Below, piece after piece: positions 23,691 through 33,009 of a stretch of DNA of 37,980 bases. Every line of letters starts with the position of its first letter. Position 1 is the first letter of the stretch. Below the pieces are notes generated by a model. The model worked only from the letters and a program-made list of their open reading frames with translations. It was not told the origin of the DNA and did no database searches. A program made the translations under genes and the position numbers. This stretch comes from Bacteroidota bacterium (lineage in GTDB: Bacteria; Bacteroidota; Bacteroidia; Bacteroidales; VadinHA17), in NCBI GenBank assembly GCA_030613125.1, contig JAUWMO010000001.1, forward strand, positions 1-37,980, in the 5' to 3' direction.

Positions 23691-25922
23691 ATGATGTCAA
23701 AGAGCAAAGTTACTCTGGAAACAGCTGAGAAACTAGGCCTGGATTCAAATGAATATAAGATGATCAGGGAAATCCTTGGCAGAAATCCTAATTTCACTGA
23801 ACTCAGCATCTTTTCAGTTATGTGGTCGGAACATGCTTCCTACAAGAATTCAATAAAATGGCTGAAAAAACTACCAAGGAAAGGTGATCATATCCTTGCT
23901 GAAGCAGGTGAGGAGAATGCGGGCCTTGTTGATGTTGGGAATGGATTAGCCTGTGCTTTCAAGATTGAATCACATAACCATCCGTGTGCAGTGGAACCGT
24001 ATCAGGGAGCTGCCACCGGTGTCGGAGGGATCAACAGGGATATTTTTACAATGGGTGCCAGGCCTATTGCTCAACTCAATTCACTCAGGTTTGGGGATAT
24101 GAAACTGGAACGGACCAAATGGCATATGAAAGGAATTGTAAAAGGTATTGGGGATTATGGCAATGCCTTTGGAGTTCCTGTTGTTGGAGGTGAAGTTTAT
24201 TTTAATGAATGCTACAATACCAACCCTCTGGTTAATGCTATGTCGGTAGGATTAATGGAAAAGGATGATATGATCTCTGCTATTGCTAAAGGGAAAGGAA
24301 ATCCGGTGTATATTGTAGGTTCTTCAACCGGAAAAGATGGTATTCATGGTGCAACGTTTGCTTCAGCTGATATTACTGAAAACTCGGCTGAAGACCTTCC
24401 TTCTGTGCAGGTTGGTGATCCTTTCCAGGAAAAGCTGCTTCTGGAGGCCACTCTTGAACTCAATAAAACCGGAGCGGTTATTGGGATGCAGGATATGGGA
24501 GCTGCTGGTATAATCTGTTCAACATCTGAAATGTCGGAAAAAGGAGGGCACGGTATGAAAATTGATCTTGGAAAGGTGCCACTGCGACAGAAAAATATGG
24601 AGCCGTGGGAGATCCTTCTTTCCGAATCCCAGGAAAGAATGTTGGTGGTAGTTGAGAAAGGACGGGAGAAGGATGTGGAGGCTGTGTTTGAAAAATGGGA
24701 CCTGAACTGTGTCATTATTGGCGAGGTTATTGAAGAAGATCGTTTATACTTTTACATGCATGATGAATTGTATGCTGATGTACCTGCATCTTCGCTTGTT
24801 CTTGGTGGAGGTGCCCCACAATACGACAGGGAATACAGTGAACCATCATATTTTAAAGAATTCCGGAAATTTTCAATTGATGATGTGCCTGAACCTGAAG
24901 ATATGAAAGAAGTAGTCAGGATGATGATCAGGAACCCTAATATAGCAAGTAAACGATGGGTATATGAACAGTATGATACAATGGTTGGTACCAATAACAT
25001 GAGTACCAATTTTCCATCAGATGCAGGCCTGGTCAATATTAAAGGGACACGCAATGCATTGGCACTCACTGTTGACTGCAATTCCCGTTATGTAATGGCC
25101 GATCCGGATGTTGGGACACAAATTGCCGTCGCTGAAGCTGCCAGGAATATTGTTTGCTCCGGTGGAAAACCTCTTGCAATAACCAACTGCTTGAACTTCG
25201 GAAATCCATATAATCCAGTGGTTTACTGGCAATTTGTGAAATCTGTGCAGGGTATGGCCAAAGCCTGTAAGAAATTTAATACACCTGTTACCGGCGGAAA
25301 TGTAAGCTTTTACAACCAGACCTCAATTGATGGGAACGTTGTACCGGTACACCCAACTCCAACCATTGGTATGCTTGGGATTTTAAAAGAAAAGAACAAT
25401 CAGATGAGTATGGCCTTTAAAAGAAAAGGGAGTATGATTTATCTTATTGGCCGTTCATTTAATGATATAGCTTCATCAGAATATCTTGCAACCTGGCATA
25501 AAATTGAGGAATCGCCTCCTCCAAAATTTGATATTGAAATGGAATATAAAGTGCAGAAGGTAGTTGAAGATATAATCCGTTTTAGCCTTGTTTTATCTGC
25601 TCATGATATATCTGAAGGAGGTTTATTTATTACTCTCCTGGAATCAGCAATACCAAAATGTCTTGGATTTGATATTACTACGGATGCTGAAATCAGGAGA
25701 GATGCATTCCTTTTTGGGGAATCACAAAGCCGAATTGTTGTTTCTGTTTCTTCTACACGGGAAACAGAATTTATTGATTTTATGTTGCAGCAAGAAGTTC
25801 CTTTTTCTGCTCTGGGCCATGTCACACGCGGAGAGATCAGAATAGATGATGTTTCTTTTGGATTTATCTGCGACTTGAAAAAGGAATATATGACAGGGAT
25901 AGAAAATGACCTTGCAGAATAG
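23691..25922 (+). CDS. purL: Phosphoribosylformylglycinamidine synthase subunit PurL (FGAM synthase II)
   Basis: 743 aa. Blocks FSVMWSEHASYKNS, ESHNHPCAVEPYQGAATGVGG, GVPVVGGEV, QDMGAAG, TGGNVSFYN. Confidence 0.93.
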   Translation: MMSKSKVTLETAEKLGLDSNEYKMIREILGRNPNFTELSIFSVMWSEHASYKNSIKWLKKLPRKGDHILAEAGEENAGLVDVGNGLACAFKIESHNHPCAVEPYQGAATGVGGINRDIFTMGARPIAQLNSLRFGDMKLERTKWHMKGIVKGIGDYGNAFGVPVVGGEVYFNECYNTNPLVNAMSVGLMEKDDMISAIAKGKGNPVYIVGSSTGKDGIHGATFASADITENSAEDLPSVQVGDPFQEKLLLEATLELNKTGAVIGMQDMGAAGIICSTSEMSEKGGHGMKIDLGKVPLRQKNMEPWEILLSESQERMLVVVEKGREKDVEAVFEKWDLNCVIIGEVIEEDRLYFYMHDELYADVPASSLVLGGGAPQYDREYSEPSYFKEFRKFSIDDVPEPEDMKEVVRMMIRNPNIASKRWVYEQYDTMVGTNNMSTNFPSDAGLVNIKGTRNALALTVDCNSRYVMADPDVGTQIAVAEAARNIVCSGGKPLAITNCLNFGNPYNPVVYWQFVKSVQGMAKACKKFNTPVTGGNVSFYNQTSIDGNVVPVHPTPTIGMLGILKEKNNQMSMAFKRKGSMIYLIGRSFNDIASSEYLATWHKIEESPPPKFDIEMEYKVQKVVEDIIRFSLVLSAHDISEGGLFITLLESAIPKCLGFDITTDAEIRRDAFLFGESQSRIVVSVSSTRETEFIDFMLQQEVPFSALGHVTRGEIRIDDVSFGFICDLKKEYMTGIENDLAE

Positions 25923-26685
25923 TTTATATCAGGAAGCTGTGACACAACCTTATAAAGAAATTGATGCCGGGAAGAAAGAGCAGGTGGAAGTGATGTTTGA
26001 TCAGATAGCCCCGAAATATGATTTTTTAAATCATTTTTTATCATTTGGAATTGACCGCCTGTGGAGAAAAAGGGCTGTTAAGAAATTAAAACCTTTTTCA
26101 CCAAATAAAATTCTTGATCTTGCTACCGGAACAGGAGATCTGGCCATTGCGGCCATAAGGTTAAAACCAGAAAAAATTATAGGCATCGACATTTCCGGGA
26201 GAATGCTTGAGAAAGGCAGGTTGAAAATAAAAAAGAAAGGCCTGGAAAGAATTATTGAACTACAAACCGGTGATTCAGAAAAGATTCCTTTTCCGGAAGA
26301 GGAATTTGATGCTCTCATGGTGGCATTTGGAGTACGAAATTTTGAAGACCTGAACAGGGGCCTTAATGAAATGTACAGGGTTCTGAAACCAGGTGGTACC
26401 TTTGTTATACTGGAATTTTCTTCCCCATCATATTTCCCGATTAAACAGATATATTCATTCTACTTTTTTAAAATCCTGCCACAAATAGGAAAGATGGTGT
26501 CAAAAGACAGTTCTGCATACTCGTATCTGCCAGAGTCGGTTGACGTTTTTCCCGACAGAGAAAACTTTCTCGGGCTTCTTGAAAAAACAGGGTTTTCATG
26601 CCTTTCTTTTGAATCACTGAGTTTTGGTATCGCAGCTATTTATACCGGAATAAAAGAGAATTACAATATTGTGAAGAAATTATAG
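25906..26685 (+). CDS. ubiE: Demethylmenaquinone / ubiquinone-type C-methyltransferase
   Basis: GKKEQV..MFDQIAPKYDFLNHFLSFGIDRLWRK, SAM-binding ILDLATGTGDL, FGVRNFEDL, LKPGG. Overlaps the purL 3' end by 17 nt. Confidence 0.9.
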   Translation: MTLQNSLYQEAVTQPYKEIDAGKKEQVEVMFDQIAPKYDFLNHFLSFGIDRLWRKRAVKKLKPFSPNKILDLATGTGDLAIAAIRLKPEKIIGIDISGRMLEKGRLKIKKKGLERIIELQTGDSEKIPFPEEEFDALMVAFGVRNFEDLNRGLNEMYRVLKPGGTFVILEFSSPSYFPIKQIYSFYFFKILPQIGKMVSKDSSAYSYLPESVDVFPDRENFLGLLEKTGFSCLSFESLSFGIAAIYTGIKENYNIVKKL

Positions 26686-26712
26686 TTTATAGTTCATGTA
26701 AGTTAAAATGGG

Positions 26713-27438
26713 TTGAAAAAACTGTTACTGATCATATTGTCCCTTTTACCTGTTCTTGGTTTTTCACAAAAAAAGAAACCAATGAACGATGTCATTTATG
26801 ATAAGAAGACCTTACATTTTGGCTTTACACTAGGACTGAATACAATGGATTTTGTACTATATCCTTCCCGTTCTGCCATATTACCCGATTCACTTTACCC
26901 TGATGTAGCCATGCTTCATCCGGGTTTCAATATCAATGTTGTTTCCAGCCTGAAACTTTCGGAACATTTTAATTTCAGGTTTCTTCCGGGTATAAGTTTT
27001 GGCCAGCGCAGCATATATTATTACAGAAGATACGATGGACAGCAAGGAGATTCACTTGTACTGGAGAATTCAAATCAGAAAATTGAATCTTCATTTCTTG
27101 AGTTTCCCTTCATTTTTAAATATAAATCTGTTAGGATAAATAACTGGCGCCCATATTTGATCGGCGGACTTAATTACCGTTTGGATCTTGCAGCAAAGAA
27201 AGAGTATAAAGAGGATAAGAACATATACATCAGACTTAAACAATCTGATATTTATTATGAGGTTGGATTCGGGATCGATTTTTTCCTGAAGTATTTTAAA
27301 TTTTCTGCCGAACTGAAATTATCTGTTGGAATGCGTGATGTGCTGGTTCATGATCCTTCTGCAAGTCATCCCGAACTTGTGACTTCAATTGACCGCCTGA
27401 AATCGAAAATATGGATCCTTTCATTTCATTTTGAGTAG
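26713..27438 (+). CDS. porT: PorT-family outer-membrane beta-barrel protein
   Basis: Signal peptide (M)KKLLLIILSLLPVLGFSQ, then HFGFTLGLNTMDF and an alternating beta-strand pattern; 241 aa. Its position just after ubiE matches my recollection of other Bacteroidota. The start codon is apparently TTG. Confidence 0.7.
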   Translation: MKKLLLIILSLLPVLGFSQKKKPMNDVIYDKKTLHFGFTLGLNTMDFVLYPSRSAILPDSLYPDVAMLHPGFNINVVSSLKLSEHFNFRFLPGISFGQRSIYYYRRYDGQQGDSLVLENSNQKIESSFLEFPFIFKYKSVRINNWRPYLIGGLNYRLDLAAKKEYKEDKNIYIRLKQSDIYYEVGFGIDFFLKYFKFSAELKLSVGMRDVLVHDPSASHPELVTSIDRLKSKIWILSFHFE

Positions 27439-27479
27439 TCATAAATTTTTTCTTCTTCTATCACCATTCTCACTTTCTC

Positions 27480-27515
27480 TAACCTGAGTCTTAACCTCAT
27501 TTTTAACCTAATTTT
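27480..27515. repeat. Three tandem 12-bp units led by TAACCT
   Basis: TAACCTGAGTCT, TAACCTCATTTT, TAACCTAATTTT. The array ends 1 nt from the TrmH-family stop codon (27517-27519). Confidence 0.8.
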
Positions 27516-27516
27516 A

Positions 27517-28299
27517 TCAATGATCCTTCCTTCTTTTTCTTCGCCTGAACTCAGAACAGATGACAGCTGTTGCAGAGGCAATATTTAATGATTCTGCAAC
27601 TCCTTCTCCTCTATCAAAAAATGTGGGGATTGATAGCTTCTGTGTTATAAACGGATATAATTCCTTTGAAATCCCTTTTGATTCGTTTCCCATCAGAACA
27701 ACCCCGCAGGATTTCAGATTTTTTTTATAAATACTTTTGCCCTGAGGGAAAGTCCCATAGACTGGAAGATCTTCCTGTTTGAATTGTTTAAGCGTTTTCT
27801 TCAGATCCATATAATGTACCTGTACATAAATAAATGCACTCATACTTGATTGAACCACCTTAGGATTGAAGACATCTGCACTGTTGTGAGAACAGATTAT
27901 ATCTCTGATACCAAACCAACTTGCTATCCTGATAATGGTTCCAAGGTTACCAGGGTCCTGAATGTCATCAAGTGCCAGATAAAGCTGATTTTTCGCAGGT
28001 TTGAATTCTTTTTGTTTTTCCGGGATCTTAACTACTGCCAATACATTATGTGGTGTTTTAAGAGTACTGACTTTCTTCAGATCGTTAGTAATAACCTCAT
28101 GAATTACAGACTGTTTTTTCTGTTTTTCGGACAATTTTTTTATCCACTCCTGTGTTCCGAATATCTCATTAATATTCCAATCAGACAGTAACAGGTCTTC
28201 AACTATTTTATCTCCTTCAGCAATAAAATATCCGTGTTTTTGCCGTATTTTTTTCAGTTGAAGAGAATTCAGATATCTGATCTTATTACTGCTTATCAT
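27517..28299 (-). CDS. TrmH/SpoU-family RNA 2'-O-methyltransferase
   Basis: SpoU motifs DPGNLGTIIR, VVLMGNESKGIS, IPT...ESLNIASATAVICSEF; N-terminal substrate-binding-like region. Confidence 0.85.
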   Translation of the reverse strand: MISSNKIRYLNSLQLKKIRQKHGYFIAEGDKIVEDLLLSDWNINEIFGTQEWIKKLSEKQKKQSVIHEVITNDLKKVSTLKTPHNVLAVVKIPEKQKEFKPAKNQLYLALDDIQDPGNLGTIIRIASWFGIRDIICSHNSADVFNPKVVQSSMSAFIYVQVHYMDLKKTLKQFKQEDLPVYGTFPQGKSIYKKNLKSCGVVLMGNESKGISKELYPFITQKLSIPTFFDRGEGVAESLNIASATAVICSEFRRRKRRKDH

Positions 28300-28372
28300 C
28301 TTTAATTCATTGCTAAAGTTTAAATAAACTCATTACCCAATAATGTTTATATTTGTTCGTGTTTAAATTTCC

Positions 28373-30724
28373 TTGATACAAAAGTTGGAAATATTTGTAA
28401 TAAATAAAAATAATGCTTTCAGGATCAATGGAATTCTGCTTATTTTCCTCTCCATTCTAATTGCTCAATCTTGTCGTCCAACCAAATATGTTCCTGAGGA
28501 TGAATATCTGTTACAAAAAAGCAAGATCAGAATTGACAAAAAAAAGGAGATTCCTAAGAAAGACCTTAAAAGTTATATAAGGCAGAAACCAAATAAAAGG
28601 ATCCTTGGTGTCCGGTTCCATCTCGGGCTTTATAATCTCTCAAACCTTGAAAAAGAAAAAGGGATGAGTAAATGGTTAAGGAAAATCGGTGAACCTCCGG
28701 TAATTTTTGATGAACACCAGGATGCCAGATCAGTTAAACAATTAGGATCTTATTTAGAGCAAAAGGGGTATTTCGAAGCGGTTGTATCTGATTCGGTATG
28801 GTTTGTGAAAAAAAAGGCTTATGTTGAATATGCTGTAACAGCTAATGAACCGCATAAACTTAATAAAATAAAGTTCAGGGTTGATGATCCTGTTATTAGT
28901 CCGTTTATTTTTAAGGATACGTCCAATACTTTGTTGAAACAGGGGGATAACTATGATGTCGAAACCCTGGAACTGGAGCGGACCAGGATTGAAAAGCTCT
29001 TAAAAAATAACGGATTCTATAATTTTCAGAAAGATTATGTAAATTTTGTGGCTGACAGCACTGTCGGAGATCATTTGATTGATATGACCATTCATGTCAA
29101 ACCTTTAACAATTCGTCAGGCAGGAAATATTTCAAAGGAGGTACATTTCAGAAAATACCGGATCAGGAATGTTTATTTTTTCGCGGATTATGATCCGGCT
29201 GAAGCCCTGAAGAACCCTTCAACTTATTATAATTATCTGGATACAACTATTCATCAGGATTTTTATTTTGTTGTAAAGGAAAAACCAGTTGTTCATTATG
29301 ATGTGGTCTTAAAGGCCAATTACATTTCACCAGGCGGGTTATATAATTTAACAGATGTTAAGCAAACACAAAAACATTTGTCAGGTTTAAATGTGATAAA
29401 ACTTGTGGATATTTATTTTACTGAAGTACCTCAGAATCATGTTTCAGATACCGGGACTCTGATTCTTGATTGCCATGTACAGATTGCTTCTAACAGGTTA
29501 CAGGCTTATTCAATAGAACTTGAGGGTACTAACTCTTCAGGCAACTTTGGCGCATCAGTCAACTTATTGTATCAGCATAGAAACCTTTTTCGGAAAGCGG
29601 AGGTTCTGAACTTGAAGTTGAAGAATCTTTATGAGGCCCTCCCACAGGAGGAGAAAGGGTTTAGCAGTGTATATGAACTGGGCATTGGTGCCGATCTTGT
29701 TTTTCCCAGGTTTCTTCTTCCTTTCCTCGAAAAAGAAGAATTTGTTAAAAAATTTAATCCGAAAACCAGCCTGTTTACAGCCTATAACTATCAAAGACGC
29801 CCTGAATATGTGCGCACCATTGTCACAACATCTTTCGGTTATAAATGGCAGGCAAATAAAAATATTTCACATATTGTAACCCCAATTGACCTTAATGCAA
29901 TAAAACTCCCTTACATTGATAGTGCCTGGGCTGAGTATATTGATACAACTTCATATTTAGCGTATAGTTATAAGGATGCCTTTATTGCCGGCTTGAGTTA
30001 TAGTCTTATTTTGACAAATTTTGATATCTCGAAAAAGCGGGATTACTATTTTATGCGCTTAAACATTACTACTTCTGGAAACCTGGTTCATTTGCTTAAC
30101 AAAACCTTCAATAAGTCTGCCCAGACTGAAGGAAATAAGATTTTCGGCATTGAATACTCACAGTTTTTTATGTGGGATGTGGATATGCGTTATCATACTG
30201 TTATAAATGAAGCTAATTCGATAGTTTACAGGGCTTTCTTTGGGATAGGCCTGCCTTATGGAAATTCCCGTGCATTACCTTTTGAGAAGCAATATTTTAC
30301 GGGAGGTGCCAATGATATCAGAGCCTGGCCGGTAAGATCACTTGGCCCCGGGTCATTTGTCCAAACCAAAACAAATTTTTATAACCAGACTGCTGATCTT
30401 AAGATAGTAGCTAACCTGGAGTACCGGTTTAAAGTATTCTGGGTGCTTGAAGGAGCACTTTTTTTAGATATGGGAAATATCTGGGCTGTCAGCAAGGAAG
30501 ATGACAGGCCAGGGGCATTATTCACCAAAACCTTTTACGATGATTTAGCTATAGGAACAGGAATCGGAGCAAGGTTAAATTTTTCTTTTTTCCTGTTCAG
30601 ACTTGATTTCGGATTTAAGATGCGTGACCCACAGATCGAGGATTCCAATAAATGGGTATTCCTTAACAATAATTATGGCCGCAAAGATATAACCCTTCAC
30701 CTTGCAGTTGGATATCCGTTCTGA
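28373..30724 (+). CDS. BamA/TamA-family (surface antigen D15) outer-membrane protein
   Basis: 783 aa. POTRA-like N-terminal region. The C-terminal Omp85 barrel has FFTGGANDIRAWPVRSLGPG and ends in an aromatic residue (...VGYPF). The start is uncertain: the track uses TTG 28373, and there is no in-frame ATG near the N-terminus. Confidence 0.75.
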   Translation: MIQKLEIFVINKNNAFRINGILLIFLSILIAQSCRPTKYVPEDEYLLQKSKIRIDKKKEIPKKDLKSYIRQKPNKRILGVRFHLGLYNLSNLEKEKGMSKWLRKIGEPPVIFDEHQDARSVKQLGSYLEQKGYFEAVVSDSVWFVKKKAYVEYAVTANEPHKLNKIKFRVDDPVISPFIFKDTSNTLLKQGDNYDVETLELERTRIEKLLKNNGFYNFQKDYVNFVADSTVGDHLIDMTIHVKPLTIRQAGNISKEVHFRKYRIRNVYFFADYDPAEALKNPSTYYNYLDTTIHQDFYFVVKEKPVVHYDVVLKANYISPGGLYNLTDVKQTQKHLSGLNVIKLVDIYFTEVPQNHVSDTGTLILDCHVQIASNRLQAYSIELEGTNSSGNFGASVNLLYQHRNLFRKAEVLNLKLKNLYEALPQEEKGFSSVYELGIGADLVFPRFLLPFLEKEEFVKKFNPKTSLFTAYNYQRRPEYVRTIVTTSFGYKWQANKNISHIVTPIDLNAIKLPYIDSAWAEYIDTTSYLAYSYKDAFIAGLSYSLILTNFDISKKRDYYFMRLNITTSGNLVHLLNKTFNKSAQTEGNKIFGIEYSQFFMWDVDMRYHTVINEANSIVYRAFFGIGLPYGNSRALPFEKQYFTGGANDIRAWPVRSLGPGSFVQTKTNFYNQTADLKIVANLEYRFKVFWVLEGALFLDMGNIWAVSKEDDRPGALFTKTFYDDLAIGTGIGARLNFSFFLFRLDFGFKMRDPQIEDSNKWVFLNNNYGRKDITLHLAVGYPF

Positions 30725-30859
30725 TGGGCTAAATTATTATTAACACTGTTTGCAGTTGAATCTTATATCTGTCTGAAAGTCAGATTGAGGCTATCTGAGT
30801 CTGGACAGGTCATACTGCAACAAGGCTCAGCATGAACCAGGTTTCCAAAATCCCAATTT

Positions 30860-32281
30860 TTATACATAGCTGATCTTGATCATGTTTGTTTGTCCTTTCA
30901 TGTTAAGAGGGATACTGCCTAAATGAATAATTACTTCATTATCATGAATAAATCCTTTTTCCTTCAGAATATTGAGTGAATGTTCAATGGCCTCATTTAT
31001 GTTCTCATAAGTGTAGACATAATGTGGTCTTACTCCCCAAAGAATGGATAAACTATTCAGGATCTTTTTATTATTAGTGAAGGCATGTATCTCAGCGGTG
31101 GGCCTGTGGCTTGAGATTCTTAAAGTGGTATATCCTGAGTGAGTGAAGCTGATGATTGCTGATGCCTTGCTGATCTCGGCCATTTTACTTGAATGATTGC
31201 ATATAGTATCAGGCAGGAATGATCTTGAAAATTCTGTGGGCGAATGTTCCCGGATATAAGTAAAACCGTGCCGCTCAGTCCAAGCAATGATCTGCTTCAT
31301 ATTTTTGATCACTTCCACAGGGTATTTGCCAACGGAAGTTTCACCACTAAGCATAAGGCAATCGGCTCCATCTAACACAGCATTTGCAACATCATTGGCT
31401 TCTGCCCTGGTTGGCCTGAAGTTTTCAATCATACTTTCCATCATTTGAGTGGCAATTACCACAGGTCTTCCATGGTTAATACATTTCTGTATTATCTCCT
31501 TCTGGATCATGGGCAGTCGGTCAAATGAAACTTCCACACCCAGGTCTCCTCTGGCGATCATTATCCCATGAGACACATCAATAATGTTATCTATCTCTGT
31601 AAGGGCTTCTGGTTTTTCGATTTTGGCAATCATTCTGGTGGCGGGATGTTTTTTCCTGATTATATCCCTGAGATCGGCCATATCGGTGGCTGATCTTACA
31701 AAAGAGAGAGCTATCCAGTCAACTTCATGATCAAGGGCAAATTCTGCATCACATATATCCTTTTCAGTTATACTTGGCTGGGATATTTTTGTATTGGGAA
31801 GATTGACTCCTTTTCGTGATGAAAGGATCCCTCCATGTACTACTACGGCTTTAACCGAATTCGTACCATTAGTGTCTGTCACTTCCAGTTTTATTTTACC
31901 ATCATCGATAAATATAACATCACCCTTCCCTACGTCTTTCGGGAATTCAGGATAGCGGATAGAAAGCTTGTCAGCAGTACTAACACATTCTTCAGTTACT
32001 ATTTGTACACTTTTTCCATGAGTCAGGTTAATACTATTATTCTCGACTTCCCCTACTCTCAGTTTAGGACCCTGGAGATCAGCAAGGATGGCCACATGTG
32101 TATTTAGTTTTTTGTTTAAGTCCCGAATAATTCTGATTACTTTCAGGTGGTCCTCATGAGTCCCGTGTGAGAAATTTAACCGGCACAGGTTTATTCCTTC
32201 TCTTATCATTTTCTCGAGTATGTCAGGAGTGTTGCAGGCAGGACCAATAGTGGCCATGACCTTTGTTTTGGTTAATTCCAT
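30860..32281 (-). CDS. pyk: Pyruvate kinase
   Basis: MIAKIEKPEA signature, MIARGDLGVEV, MLSGETSVGKYP; 473 aa. Confidence 0.93.
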   Translation of the reverse strand: MELTKTKVMATIGPACNTPDILEKMIREGINLCRLNFSHGTHEDHLKVIRIIRDLNKKLNTHVAILADLQGPKLRVGEVENNSINLTHGKSVQIVTEECVSTADKLSIRYPEFPKDVGKGDVIFIDDGKIKLEVTDTNGTNSVKAVVVHGGILSSRKGVNLPNTKISQPSITEKDICDAEFALDHEVDWIALSFVRSATDMADLRDIIRKKHPATRMIAKIEKPEALTEIDNIIDVSHGIMIARGDLGVEVSFDRLPMIQKEIIQKCINHGRPVVIATQMMESMIENFRPTRAEANDVANAVLDGADCLMLSGETSVGKYPVEVIKNMKQIIAWTERHGFTYIREHSPTEFSRSFLPDTICNHSSKMAEISKASAIISFTHSGYTTLRISSHRPTAEIHAFTNNKKILNSLSILWGVRPHYVYTYENINEAIEHSLNILKEKGFIHDNEVIIHLGSIPLNMKGQTNMIKISYV

Positions 32282-32395
32282 TTCGTTTTTAGTTTCTTGG
32301 GTTAACAGTATAAAATATATCGTAATTATATATTAGTATATTGATATACAGTAGGTTATGATGTTTTCAAAGGCCTTTCGCAAGGAAGATTAAGG

Positions 32396-32854
32396 CTAAG
32401 GTTCTTCTCTTTTTTCCCTTCTTGTATAAAGTTTCATTGATGACCAACCCAAAGAGCTAATCCCAAGAATTATTCCAAATACTCCGAAGACATATTGAAG
32501 TGTTAATTTATTCTCTTTTTTAGTAAATTCAAGGCTTGCTTCCTGTAAGTAAATTTTGTCTTGTTTATACTCTGGTGAGTTTAATATTGAATCAAGTCTT
32601 TCATTAATTATAGCGGATTCGATATGAGCATCTGTAGATATGTTTTCAGGATCCTTTAATAATTCTTTTCGCCATATCTCTCTTCGTTTATTCTCCAGAC
32701 TGTCAGCTTCCAGGAGAAGTTTGGTGAGGGGAGGTTTTTCTGAAAGTAAGGTGTCATGTTTTTGTGAGGTATTAAAACAGGTATAGCCACAAAATATAGC
32801 AATTATGAATGTTACAAGAATAATTATTTGCAGCCCCCAGTTTTTTAAATTCAT
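32396..32854 (-). CDS. Hypothetical membrane protein (N- and C-terminal TM helices)
   Basis: 152 aa. Hydrophobic segments LQIIILVTFIIAIFCGY and VFGVFGIILGISSLGW flank a charged coiled region. I recognise no family. Confidence 0.5.
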   Translation of the reverse strand: MNLKNWGLQIIILVTFIIAIFCGYTCFNTSQKHDTLLSEKPPLTKLLLEADSLENKRREIWRKELLKDPENISTDAHIESAIINERLDSILNSPEYKQDKIYLQEASLEFTKKENKLTLQYVFGVFGIILGISSLGWSSMKLYTRREKREEP

Positions 32855-32928
32855 TGTTTAATGACATATATTTTTGAGATGGCAACAAAATAGCTAATAT
32901 TGTTTAGAAAATAAAATATTTCGATTTG

Positions 32929-32969
32929 AAATTTATGATTTGGATATCTCCGAAAAAAATCATAAATTT
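32929..32969. promoter_or_regulatory. Perfect 13-bp inverted repeat in a divergent promoter region
   Basis: AAATTTATGATTT (32929-32941) and AAATCATAAATTT (32957-32969) are separated by a 15-nt spacer. It lies between the divergent starts at 32854 and 33010. Confidence 0.45.
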
Positions 32970-33009
32970 TGAGTTAAATCTGTTTAGGTTAATTTGGAAC
33001 GTAAGCTCA

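Noticed and set aside
32926-33009. Track start (TTG 32926) for the membrane TPR protein.
   Set aside because: It would translate the perfect 13-bp inverted repeat. The ATG at 33010 is followed directly by the conserved N-terminal motif and TM helix.
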